NCBI GenBank assembly: GCA_013239625.1
Contig: MU057356.1
Coordinates: 13,208,325 to 13,272,324 of the forward strand
DNA from: Lama guanicoe
Lineage: Eukaryota
Length of the DNA stretch: 64,000 nucleotides
Reading direction: 5' to 3'
Below the pieces are notes generated by a model. It saw only the letters and a program-made list of their open reading frames with translations, made no database searches and was not told the DNA's origin. Made by a program: the position numbers and the translations under genes. Below are positions 53,081-64,000 of this stretch, piece by piece. The number at the start of each line of letters is the position of its first letter. Within the stretch, counting starts at the first letter, position 1.

Positions 53081-54169
53081 TGAGAGACTAATTTCTTGCT
53101 GTTCTGTACATTACATGTCTGCTAGTACTACCTTTCTTCTGTTGAAACCTTGGTTTTCTTCTATTTTCTTCTCTGTCATCTGAAAAGAATCCTGAAATAC
53201 TGAGTGTTCTATCCCCCCTCATCTCCCCTTCCAAAATTGCTCTTTTTCTCTGCTTTGCAAAAGAGGCATAATCCTCATCCATCTTACATGAATCTTACTT
53301 ACTACTTTGTGTTGCCATGGGATGGATACCTTCCACCAACCCTAAGAGGTACTTTCTAAATGCATTCTTTTGAGAAAGATAATCACAGCAGCAAAAAAGA
53401 AGGGATTCCTAATGGACTGTTGAAGGGGTGGGAGCTTATTTCATTCATACAATAAACTTAAGTCAAAGAACTATTCCTGACTGTACAGCCTCTGAGGAAC
53501 CATGTGGATGAACCTAAGAATTTTTCACATTGAAATAGAAATTCTGGGATACCTGCTCTGATATTTATCCTTCACTGATTGAAAGGTGCTGTTGAAGTGT
53601 TAAATCCCACGCATCACAGGCTGCTCAGCCCAGGATTGAGCAAGCTCTCATGGCCATGAAGCTTCTAGGCAGAGAATCTCAGAGACACCATGCTCTGGGG
53701 GGAAAGCTGTCTGTGTGCTGGGAACTGTCTGTTGTTGCTGCAGGTAAACTCAGAGGTGGACTGAATGGATGTGTACTAGTGAAGTTGTGCATCTGGGAGT
53801 GTGTATGTTTGTTCCTTCAAATTTGAGTGAGGTTTTGATGGATAACATTATATATTAAGATGACATTATGGAATAGGGACTAGATCCAGAAATGCCAAGA
53901 TTCTGCCTTGGCCAGTTTACTCTCATCAAAGGAGACAGATACAAACATAAAGGAGGATTATAAACAAGAAATACAGTATTGCCTTATTGTTATACGAAAG
54001 CGTGTTACTCCAGTGCAGAGCTCTCTGGAAAACTGGGCTGGAGCTCATGACTTTAGCTTAAATACTAAATGGGGTTCTTTCTTACCTTATACCCAAATCC
54101 TACAACTTTATGTTTATAGGGTTTGAAAGGATCATTATGGATGATTAAGGATGATTATAGTCCGTATAT

Positions 54170-54515
54170 ACACAAAAATTTATTGCAAGAAGGTTTACAT
54201 GATCGAAGGGGCTGCCAAGTAAGGTCTGAAATCCTTCAAGCAGGCTGTTAGGAAGGGCAGCCTGGAATCCTTTGGCATGGGCTGGAGCTGTTGTCCACAA
54301 CTAGAATTTGTTCTACTTTAGGGAAGCCTCAACTCTACTCCTAAAGCCTTTCAATTGGCTGAATTGGGCCTACACAGATTATCTAGGATAACTTCCCTTA
54401 CTTAAAGTCAACTGAGTATGCACTATAATCAAAATATCTTCACAGCAGCATCTAGATTAATGTTTCACTGAATGCCAGGGCTGTATAATGTAGCCAAGTT
54501 GACAAAAAATTATCA
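54170..54515 (-). mobile_element. MLT2-like (ERVL) LTR
   Basis: gggcctacacagattatctaggataacttcccttacttaaagtcaactga...tagccaagttgaca. Confidence 0.85.
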
Positions 54516-54769
54516 TAGAGGACAACTGAAGAAAGACTGTCAGGTGCTCACCCAGCTAATGCAGGACCTGGCTCACTTTTTATGTGTGTTTTGAGAAGAA
54601 AGTCCTAATGAAAGCCATGTAGTTACGCTTGACTTTTATTTGTACTCTAAGCCTATCTATCTGTAAGTATATTTCTGTTGGTAACATGGAATTGATATAG
54701 TTAGAATGGTATCATGTCCTTTATGGAAGCACTAAGTTACGGTGTACAATTCTGGTACCAATTTTGACT

Positions 54770-55501
54770 TGTGTGGTGGTTTATTTTCCCCTCACCACCA
54801 AGCAATTCTCAGATACTACCTCCCTGGAGAAGCATCATATCTTACAGTTTAGGGCTTCAGTCCTATAAGAGTGTCTCTCTCCCCCCTGTTTCAGACTCCA
54901 GTCACAAGTCCAGGTTGCATCTGTGCTTCTGACCTACCCTCTATAGTTGGAGGCTCTAACGACCCCCTCCTTGAGTTTGATTAATCTGCTAGAGTGGCTC
55001 ATAGAAGTCAGAGAAACATTTTACTTACCAGATTACTGCTTTACTATAAAAGGATGTAACTCAGGAACAGCCAAACAGAATAGATGCTTAGGGAAAGATA
55101 AGGAGAAAGGGTGAAGAGCTTCCATGATCTCTGAGGGTGCCACCCTTCTAGCACCACCATGTCTTCACCAGGAAGCCACCTCATCCTTTTGGGTCTGTAT
55201 GGAGGCTTCATTACATAGGCACATTTGATACAATTCATTGGCCATCAGGGATTGATTCAGCTTCCTGGAGGTCAGAGTGGGTGGGATTGAAAGTTCCAAC
55301 CCTCTAATCACCTGGTTGATTCTCTTGGCAACCAGCTCCCATCGTTAGGTGCATTTCAAAAGTCACTTTATGATCACAACAAGATACCTTTATCCCTCTG
55401 GCCATTTAGGATATCCCAAGCGTTTTAGGATCTCAGTGCCAGGAGCTGGGACTGGGATGAAGATCCAATATGTATTACTTATTATAAACTACAATATCAC
55501 A
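54770..55501 (-). mobile_element. MER21-like solo LTR
   Basis: accaagcaattctc...tttgattaatctgctagagtggctcatagaa...gaaagttccaaccctctaatcac...acaatatcaca. Confidence 0.85.
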
Positions 55502-55544
55502 GGTGGTTAGAAGAGTGTTTCTCTACTTGCTTCCCCATAGGTGC

Positions 55545-55548
<4 letters not shown>

Positions 55549-55580
<32 letters not shown>
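55549..55580. repeat. (GT)16 microsatellite
   Basis: Read directly. Confidence 0.95.
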
Positions 55581-55582
<2 letters not shown>

Positions 55583-56564
55583 TTTGGGGCAGTTCTGGCT
55601 TGCATAGAATGCTTGTCTGCTATTGTATAATAAAATCTCTAAAATGGGTCTTATTAAGACATCCGTTAACTTAACTGCAAAGTTACATCAAATTTTGATT
55701 ATTTCCTTTTTTTCCTACTCTGTAACTATGTTAGTTAGGTTATATAATGGGCATTTCACATTTTTTCATTACTTACTCATTGCCATCAATCCAAAAGGGG
55801 CCTCAGATTTGAATAAGATGAATATAATATTTTCTATTAATAATTTTCCATAAAGATATTAAAGCCTACACATGGTATTACTCATCTTGTAGAAATGAAG
55901 TGTTTAGTACAGTTAAGGTCTGAAAATATTCCTTACCAATCTTTCTCTTCTGCATAGTCCCAAATAGAGGACACTCACTCATGTGCATAATTAATGACTT
56001 AATTCCTTCTTTAGCAGCTGTGTCCTGAGCTGTCCTCCCTTCACTGTATCTAGTGATAGATACTTCATGATCTCAAAAATTGAATTCGTCCATCATTGAG
56101 TACAGAGTTTCTAAAGTTCCAAAATCTGGGAAGATATATCATATCTTATCACTAGCCTCACATTCCTAAAATTTACAACACACAAATCCTCAGCCATCAT
56201 AGCAGTTATGTCAAATAAAAATAATATTCTTAAAGCTCAGTGTGTTTTATAGACCCTCATTATAATTTCCACCCATAAGCCATGCATGAGTCTAAGGAAC
56301 ATTGTGAAATAGAGGAATTCTCTCATCAGGCATTTATGGAGAAACTGCGTTTCTCTCTTCCCTACGGGGGAGGTGACAAGGAGGGGGTGAAGCTCATCCG
56401 TAAATACTATCTCTGCTCTTCTCCGAAAGTAGTATTGAAAACACACTTCTCTACTTGTAGAGCTCAGCTTTGGGTCTTTCCTGAGGATCTTTTTTACTCT
56501 TCAGTTGTCAACCTTTTGAAAACCTCTTAAGAATTTTTTTTCTTCCCCTGAGTTCTTGGAACTC

Positions 56565-56848
56565 AAATCAGAAAATAATAGGAGAGACAAAGGAAAAAGG
56601 ACTCAGTGCCAAGAAGTGGTAGAACAATAAAGAATTATTATAAAGCATGCAAGACTGAAATAAGACAGTAATTATTAAAAAGAAAAAAGCCAGACATTTT
56701 GAAATTAAAAACAAATGAATAAATAATCCAAAGGTCAAACGGGGAATCATAATGAAAATATAAAATACATAAACCCGAATGACAATTAAATACTACCTAT
56801 AAAACTTCCAGGGTACAACTGAAGTGGTATTTGAGAACAATTTATATT
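56565..56848 (+). mobile_element. Old L1 ORF2 fragment
   Basis: A-rich; aaataatccaaaggtcaaa...aatgacaattaaatactacctataaaac. Confidence 0.6.
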
Positions 56849-57048
56849 CTTTTTCTTTTTGCTTTTAATTATGTATTTTTATTAAAGTATAGACAATTTG
56901 AAATATGTGAACTTCTGGTGTACAGCATAGTGCTTCAGTCACATAGGAATATACATACATTTGTTTTCATATTCTTTTTCACCATAAGTTACTACAAGAT
57001 ACTGAATATAGTTCCCTGTGCTATACAGTATAGACTTGTTGTTTTTTT
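56849..57048 (-). mobile_element. Short young L1 3' end
   Basis: Same 3'UTR as the copies at 17871 and 62496. Confidence 0.85.
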
Positions 57049-57604
57049 GGATTTTGTGAGACTCCTCCTGTGTGTTATTATATAATATTTTAATAGCTTG
57101 TGTATGTTTATGCCACTGATATGTGAGTAAACTTGTTTTTGGCAAAGAATATAAACTACTCATCTTTGTATGAGTAAATTCCTGCAGCATGGTAGATACG
57201 CTTATAAGCATTTTATTGAATTCATAAATGCTGGGGTAAATTTGAGACTGCCAAATATGATCATTTTTAAGATTTCTAGACTATATAAATCCCACGTCCA
57301 AACTTATATTGTAGAAGCCTAATAAGTTTACTGGTGGTTTCCATTTTCATAGCTACTGGAATGAAAAAGAATTTTCCCCTTGGAGAATAATAATTCATTG
57401 TCCAATTAGTGTAACTAATGAATGTCGTACTGAAAGGATAAGGGTTATGGAACCAAGCTCTTAATAAAAATATGGGTATTGGAACTAAGGAAAAAGAGAA
57501 TTAGGCATAGTCAGGAAGAAAGAAGTCATAAAACTCTTCAGGATGAAATGTTCTAATTTATTATTTATGAACCATGCACCTGGGAAACAGGAACTAATAA
57601 GTGG

Positions 57605-57722
57605 TATGTATGTTATAAAGTGATTAGCATGCTGCTAGCTATGCCACTAGCAAACACAGTAACTCCTAAGTAATATGAATGTTATAAAGTGATTACAGTG
57701 CTGCTAGCTATGCTATTAGCAA
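57605..57722 (+). repeat. Imperfect 49-bp direct repeat, period 69
   Basis: tatg.atgttataaagtgatta...tgctgctagctatgc.a.tagcaa at 57605 and 57674. Confidence 0.9.
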
Positions 57723-58234
57723 GCTGCTTAGCATTGCGCCAATTATTTAATATCTTTAGACTTTAGGTTTTGCTTTTGAGCATTAAATATGTTAGCCTTA
57801 AAACAGCTTAGGTCCCACCTGTTATTATATGTCTTTTCTCTTTGTCATATATTCTTTTTCCAAATATTAGAAAAACAGATAGTCCACTCAGTTTCAGTGA
57901 CTCAGTAATTCAGGAAAACATTGGTTTTATATGTACTGGGAGTGACATCTGCAAATTGAATGTATCCCAATAAGTTAGGTCTAAAATTTACAGAGATGAG
58001 ATGTCTTTAAGGGTAATGATATATAATAATAATTCCAGACAGTTTTGTGACAAAGAAATTGAAACACAAATAATGTGAAAGCACTGCTTCCACCTGGAAT
58101 TGCTTGTTTCCTAAAATGTGCATTCTGGCACATGGAGCGATGAGGCAGAGAAGCACCTTGGAGTTCAGAGAATTTTAATTGCAGGGTTTATGACAATTAT
58201 CTAAAGCTATCTATGAATCAAAAGGGCTTATCCT

Positions 58235-58460
58235 AGGGCAGTGTGGTATGGTAGATAGGTCTGAGTTCAGAATGAAATGGAAATAGGATTAAAATTCATA
58301 CTTGGCATTAGCCACTAAATTTAAGGAATTTACTTAATTTCCCTGCATCTTAATTTCTTCATCTATAATATGGGGATCATAATACCTATGTTATATGGTT
58401 TTATAATAAATAAATAGAACACCTAAATAAAGTGTTTGGTACATAGTAGGTACTTAAAAA
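58235..58460 (+). mobile_element. MIR SINE
   Basis: ggcagtgtggtatggtaga...tttcttcatctataatatgggga...tggtacatagtagg. Confidence 0.8.
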
Positions 58461-58544
58461 TGGCCTTTCTGATTCAGTTTTATTCTTTTCATTGACCTTC
58501 ATATCTTCTTTGAAATCCACAGCTTGGACGCATGAAAACATCCA

Positions 58545-58800
58545 ACTATTTAATAATTCAAGAAATATTTACTGAGAGTCCTTTTTGTATCAGATGATTT
58601 TTTAAATGCTAGAGATACAGTGGCATCTCTAGGCACACATTTCCCGCTTTCATGGAGTTTACACTCTAGTAGAGGAGAAAGGAAAAAAAACAATAAAATA
58701 CCATTAGAAGTTGTTATAACTGCTCTGAAGAAGACAAATAGGAATTATGGGAAAATAGTGAAGTATTGGGTGGGAGGGATCAGAAGAGACATCTATTATA
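58545..58800 (-). mobile_element. L2 3' end, antisense
   Basis: attcaagaaatatttactgag...catggagtttacactctagt. Confidence 0.7.
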
Positions 58801-61734
58801 TTAAAAGAGGAAAATAAATCAATTTCAGTTAAAAATAATAACTTACGTCAGTAAATTCAGGAGGGTGTGTACAGGTCAGCAAAATAGTAGAGAGAAACAG
58901 AATTAACTCAAGCAAACAAAGCCAAAAGTGATTTTACCAGAAATTGAGCAACTGTGATCTAGGTAGTTTCACTATGGAAGAAATCTAGGGCTGAATTTGG
59001 AAAAGAAAAGATGAGATCATCATGGTTGTAGTCTGGTAAAAAAAGATCTGTAGCAAAATGGACCACTCCAAAACTTCTTGGATCCTGAAGTTCTGCTGTA
59101 TCTTTCATGACTTGGTCAGGGTGAATAAGTAAGGTCTTTGTATCATGTTGTTTCCCCTATCATATCTAATATTACCACTCTATTAGAGGGAACAAGACAG
59201 TTAACAGTAAAACATGAGACATGAGGAAGCATTAGCATGTGAGGAATAAAGGGGCTTTGAGATAAATGTGGGCAAAGTAACTTACCAATCCTTATTCCAT
59301 TAAGAATAATTGAAAAATTTGGATAAACTCTTCAACAGTATCTTTTTGAAGGGAGCAGAGAGCTACAAGGAAATGAAAAATTAGAGCAAGTTCTTGGAAA
59401 AGAAAGAAACCAAGAGAGATGAACCCAGTGTTTGACTCGAGACAAATTTTGAATTATAAAGGCAGTGTATATATATATGTCATTGAAGTATTGCTTGTGA
59501 TAGTGAGAGTCCAATGTCCTATCCTTAAAGACAATTAACGATTGAATGGAGAGACAACCTTGATACAGTCAAATGATAGAATACTGTACAAGGCATGCAA
59601 AAAGTTAAGCATAGCAACATTTACCAGCATGGGTGGATTTCCAGCATCCAACATTGAGAGAAAGTAGGCAGTCTAGTGAAATGCATAGATTGATTTATTT
59701 TTCAAGTATGCACAAATAATTTTATATATTTTTATGCATACATAAATGTTTAAGATAGGTATAAAATAGTTGTTTACTGCTATGGAGTTACCTGGTAAAA
59801 TCCTATGTAAATCATTTGTATCAATTACAGGGACTAAAAACACACTAGATAGAGATACAGACTAACAAAGAAAAAAAGCCTGCAAACTAAGAGCATACAC
59901 TCAAACTACTAAGTTTTCTAACTCTTAATGAACTAAGATCTCATTGGAAAATAATAGCTTGCATAAAAATCATTTTTATCTGAAACAGATTCTTTCCTTA
60001 AATATAATTTTATATGCTTTGATGAATATGTAAAACAATGAAAGAAAGTTTAGAAGGGTACACTTTAATACATGATACTCAGTTTTTTTGGTGGCTATAG
60101 AGATGGGGCTGGGGATAATAGATAAGAGAAAGGCAAACCAAAAATTCTGAGATCATATCTGCTCTGATAATGATATTATGTCACTAACTGGAGGGTACTT
60201 TTGATTGAAATCTGTGTATTTAGAGGTCATGAATATGCATAGGAAGAAGAAAATACTTTTCGATTCAACTTGTTGCTTAATTCTGAAGTCTTAGGAAAAT
60301 GAAGAGGAGAATTTTCAAAGGGGAAGAAATGATCCACTCTAAAGAATTGGTTTTTTAAGGGAAATAAGTGAAAACTGAGTGTGACTATACACGAGTCTTG
60401 GGTCTCTTTATGATCTTCAGTTCTGCACAAGTTCCTATAATGGTAATTTCAACTGTCACGTGGGTACCTGCTAATAAAATATGTCTTAAAATTTTTATAT
60501 GATTAATTCACCAGTAATCAGTATAACTTTTAAACTTTTAGAAATACGTTGTAGTGCACACCTTAAACATTGTTTTAATCAGTTTGTGTAATGCACAAGC
60601 TGTCTCAGATAGTGAGTGGATTGAAATTTTAATCAGGAGAATATTTAATGTTTTCTTTTAGTCTGGTTCTTATCCCCAGTGGTTTGCATTGTAGTGCAGT
60701 TGTGTTCTTCAGTGTTCACCACAACTTACATTTGTTTGTCTTGCTCTTTTGCTCTTTGATTGCCAAAGCCTTTCTCATTCTTCTTTCTCAGCTCATATTC
60801 GTTGTCATGCAATATATTGTAGTGCATATGATCATTCCTCTAGTGTCAGCATTTCTTCTCCTGTTTCTCAGAGTTCTTATATATTATGGTGCCATTTGTT
60901 CACTTCTTGAAATCTCTCATCATATAAATAAATGCTCAAATGTGCATAGTGTTTCCTTGTTAACATAACCTCTCAGAATCATGTAGACTACAGTTACGTC
61001 TTTTGCTCAGGTTGAGTGTTACAGTTGACACATAAGGTAAAAATCATTTATAATAATTGTTTCTGAAAATTCTTTTAAATCAGCTACAAAATGCAGTATA
61101 CCTGGTGTTTGTTTGAAATAGATGGATTTTCTTCAGTTTAGTTCAGTTTAATCATTGGCTTAGTAGGCTTAAACATTCTATACTATATGTTTGTATATAT
61201 AATAATATATTTAATACATAAAGAAATATATACTATATGTATTATATTCAGTCCATATACACACTCACAAGGGAGTAGCTAACTTTATGGGAGACACTCA
61301 TGAATGGTGGCCAACTGAGGAAACAACAGAGTCATGTTTTCTATCTAGTGTTCTCTCCTGAGTATGTGTCAGTGAGGGGAACAGTGGAGAATCAAAACAC
61401 TATTTAATTGTCTTTTCTCTCTCTCATTGATTGTGTTTCTGTCCTTCCCATCTGCATGCATAAAAAATACATGTATAATGTTCATATAGAGTTATTTGCT
61501 GAAACAAATTTATGAATTATTTTATGCATTGAGTAAATTGTAACATAGTAAGATTATAGTAGTGAGATTATAGAAATTTCAAGCTCACGTTCATATTGAT
61601 GAAGTAAGTAAAACTCAAGTACATAGTAATTCTCAGTCATCTCTGCCTGTCAGCATTTATATGTGAGTGTGTGCTTATCATGTAATTTTCAGGGTACTGA
61701 TACATTCAGTATTTGAGAAATCACTTCCAAATGA

Positions 61735-63070
61735 ATCTTAGAAAACTGTGAATTCAGTGTCTTTAATAGTTAGAAAACTACTTAGGTTATCTAGTTCATT
61801 GTGCGTGAATTTTAATAGCTTGTGGTTTTTGAAGAACTGGGCCATTTTACAAGTTGTCAGAGTATTGTGAGTAGAGTGAGTTGTACATTTTATTCTCTTA
61901 TTATTAATGTCTGTGAGATTTTCAATAATATTCCCTCTTCTATTCCTGATACTATTTATTTATGTCTTTTCTCTCTTCTTTGTCTGTCTTGCTAGAGGTT
62001 TGTCAATTTCATTGCGCTTTTCTAAGAACCAGTTTTTTGATTTCATTGATTTTCACTGTTGTTTTTATGTTTTCAAATTCATTGATTGCTGATTTTATTT
62101 TTGTATTTCTCCTCTTCTGCTTGCTTTGGGTTTATTTTGATTTTGTTTTTCTAGTTTCTTAAGGTAAGAGTTTATGAGTTGAGACCTTTCTTCTAATATT
62201 AGCATTAAATGTTATAAACTTTCTACAAGCACTGCTTTTACTGTATCACACAAATTTTGATAGTGAATTTTCACCTTCCTGCAGCTTCAGAATATTTTCT
62301 AATTTGTCTTAAGACCTGTTGTTTGACCATGAATTGTTTGGGTATTTCCTCTTGTTTTTCTGTTGTTGATTTCTAGTTTAATTCCATTATAGTCAGAGAA
62401 CATACTTTGCATGATTTCAATTCTTTTAAATTGGTAAGTTTTGTCTTGTAACCCAGGACAAGCCAAAGGTTTGTTTCATATTTATCCAGATGAATCTTCT
62501 TTTTTTAATATATTTTTATTGAAATATAGTCAGTTTACAATGTTGTGTCAATTTCTGGTGTACAGCACAGTACTTCAGTCATATAGGGACACACATATAT
62601 TCATTTTCATATTCTTTTTCACCATAAATTACTCAAAAGATATTGTATAGTTCCCTGTGCTATATAGTATAAACTTACTGTTTATCTGTTTTATATATAT
62701 TAGTTAGCATCTGCAAATCTCGAACTCCCAATTTATCCCTTCCCACCCCCTTCCTCCCTGGTAACTATAAGTTTGTTTTCTATGTCTGTGAATCTTTATT
62801 ATCTGGATGAATTTTCAATGTGCTTTTGAAAAAAAATTTTTGTTATGATTGGATGTAGTATTCTATAAATGGCAACTAGATACATTTGGTATATGGTATG
62901 TTCTTAGTTCTTCTATATGTTTATTGAGTTACTGTTTACTAGTTATATTTATTATTGAGAGTATTGAGGCCTCCAACTATTTGTGTGGATTTAGCTATTT
63001 TTCCTGTCAGTTATGTCAGATTTTGCTTCTTGTATTCTGAAACTCTGTTGTTAAATGCATGAACATCCAT
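61735..63070 (-). mobile_element. Old L1M ORF2 segment, antisense, interrupted by a young L1
   Basis: gctagaggtttgtcaattt...aagaaccagtttt; ttctagtttaattccattatagtcagagaacatactt. Confidence 0.85.
62496..62798 (-). mobile_element. Young L1 3' end nested in old L1, with 14-bp TSD
   Basis: TSD ttatccagatgaat (62482) / ttatctggatgaat (62799). Confidence 0.9.
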
Positions 63071-63414
63071 TATTGAGAAATAGGATTTTCATTACATGAA
63101 CAAGGCTATTAGAAAAAGAAGATAAGGAGTGAGGGATTTGTATTATAATTCAAGACAATATATTGCATATAAGACTTACTAGAGATGAAAAGCTTACAGT
63201 TTTTGGAAAAAGCTTAAAAGTTAAAGAAACAACCAAATTATAATTTGTGAAACAGTTCAGATCTGAGCAGGTCTGATCTCTTTTCAATATGTCATAATGA
63301 GGAGTCATATGAAATATTCCAGGAGTTACAAAGAACCAGAAAACTGATTTTGCCACTTAGAGAAGATAATTACAGTTTAAAAAAATGATTCTTTGCAAAC
63401 TAGATTGTAAATGA

Positions 63415-64000
63415 GAATGTCATGAACTCAGCCCTAAGTAGCTTGCTTTGCAAGACTATTAAAAGTACAAAGCTGAACGGATTGAAAAACCAACCATTCT
63501 TCTTGGGCCTAAAAGACGGGAGGACACAGGGTAAACAGTTGCACCCAAGACTGGTGAGGGAGACGAGTGAATACAGAGTCTTGGCATACCAGAGCAGAGA
63601 CTCATGAGTAGAAAGCAGTGTCAGGATAGAAATAACTGGATAACTGAACTGTAATTGATGAATTGCTGGAGGCCCAATATGAGCAACTCCGAGAGCTAAA
63701 AACTCCAGAGGGATCCAGTCATAGGGGGGCCTTCACCATACTGTACTCCGTACTCCAGGAGCTCAAGCAGTTTCCTACAGTAAATATCAGAGAAAAATCT
63801 CCTCTCACTCTGCCAAAGGGAGGTGAAAAGGAGCCATTTTCAAATACTTGAGAGCTCACTGTTCTTAATGAGACCTGCTCTTAGGAGAAACTAGGTAACC
63901 AAGAGCCTAACCTACTAGGGTATTATCATATCCTAAATGACTTGGAGAAAGGGAAATACCTAACTCTAGCCCACTGTTACTATCCTATCCCACTTTTCCT
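63415..64000 (+). mobile_element. Old L1M 5'-region fragment (L1M4-like), runs to window edge
   Basis: actgtaattgatgaattgctggaggc...taaaaactccag...acagtaaatatcagagaaaaatc recalled as L1M4 5' end. Confidence 0.5.

Noticed and set aside
57605-57722. CRISPR-like repeat-spacer
   Set aside because: Only two diverged copies, mammalian context, no cas genes.
1-64000. Short ORFs in the six-frame track as genes
   Set aside because: Apart from RPSA and L1 remnants they are short, low-complexity, overlap repeats or N-gaps, and resemble no protein I recognise.

Overview
AT-rich, CpG-depleted mammalian non-coding DNA (intergenic or deep intronic); no prokaryotic features, RNA genes, CRISPR array or convincing protein-coding exon. 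Most of the window is old interspersed repeat (L2, MIR, L1M, ERVL/MaLR/ERV1 LTRs, hAT-Charlie MER elements) plus five copies of a young L1 3' end, four with visible TSDs. That 3' end resembles the camelid L1 as I recall it, and I saw no Alu, BovB/Bov-tA, PRE-1 or Can-SINE, so a camelid host is an inference. Ten N-gaps limit what can be read. The only recognisable gene sequence is a near full-length processed RPSA (40S ribosomal protein SA) pseudogene at ~48593-49605. The most notable observation is that its 5' half is CpG-depleted (3 CpG in ~520 bp, hand count) while its 3' half is CpG-island-like (~38 CpG in ~470 bp), with many A/T->G/C changes and clustered NRF1, CRE, GC-box and ETS motifs. 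This could be a promoter that arose from retrocopy coding sequence, or a GC-biased gene conversion hotspot. Other observations: an old ~330 bp local duplication (30450/31745), a 52-bp perfect CA/TG palindrome, and repeat-poor enhancer-like blocks. Repeat family names come from recalled consensus sequences, not a search, and boundaries are approximate.
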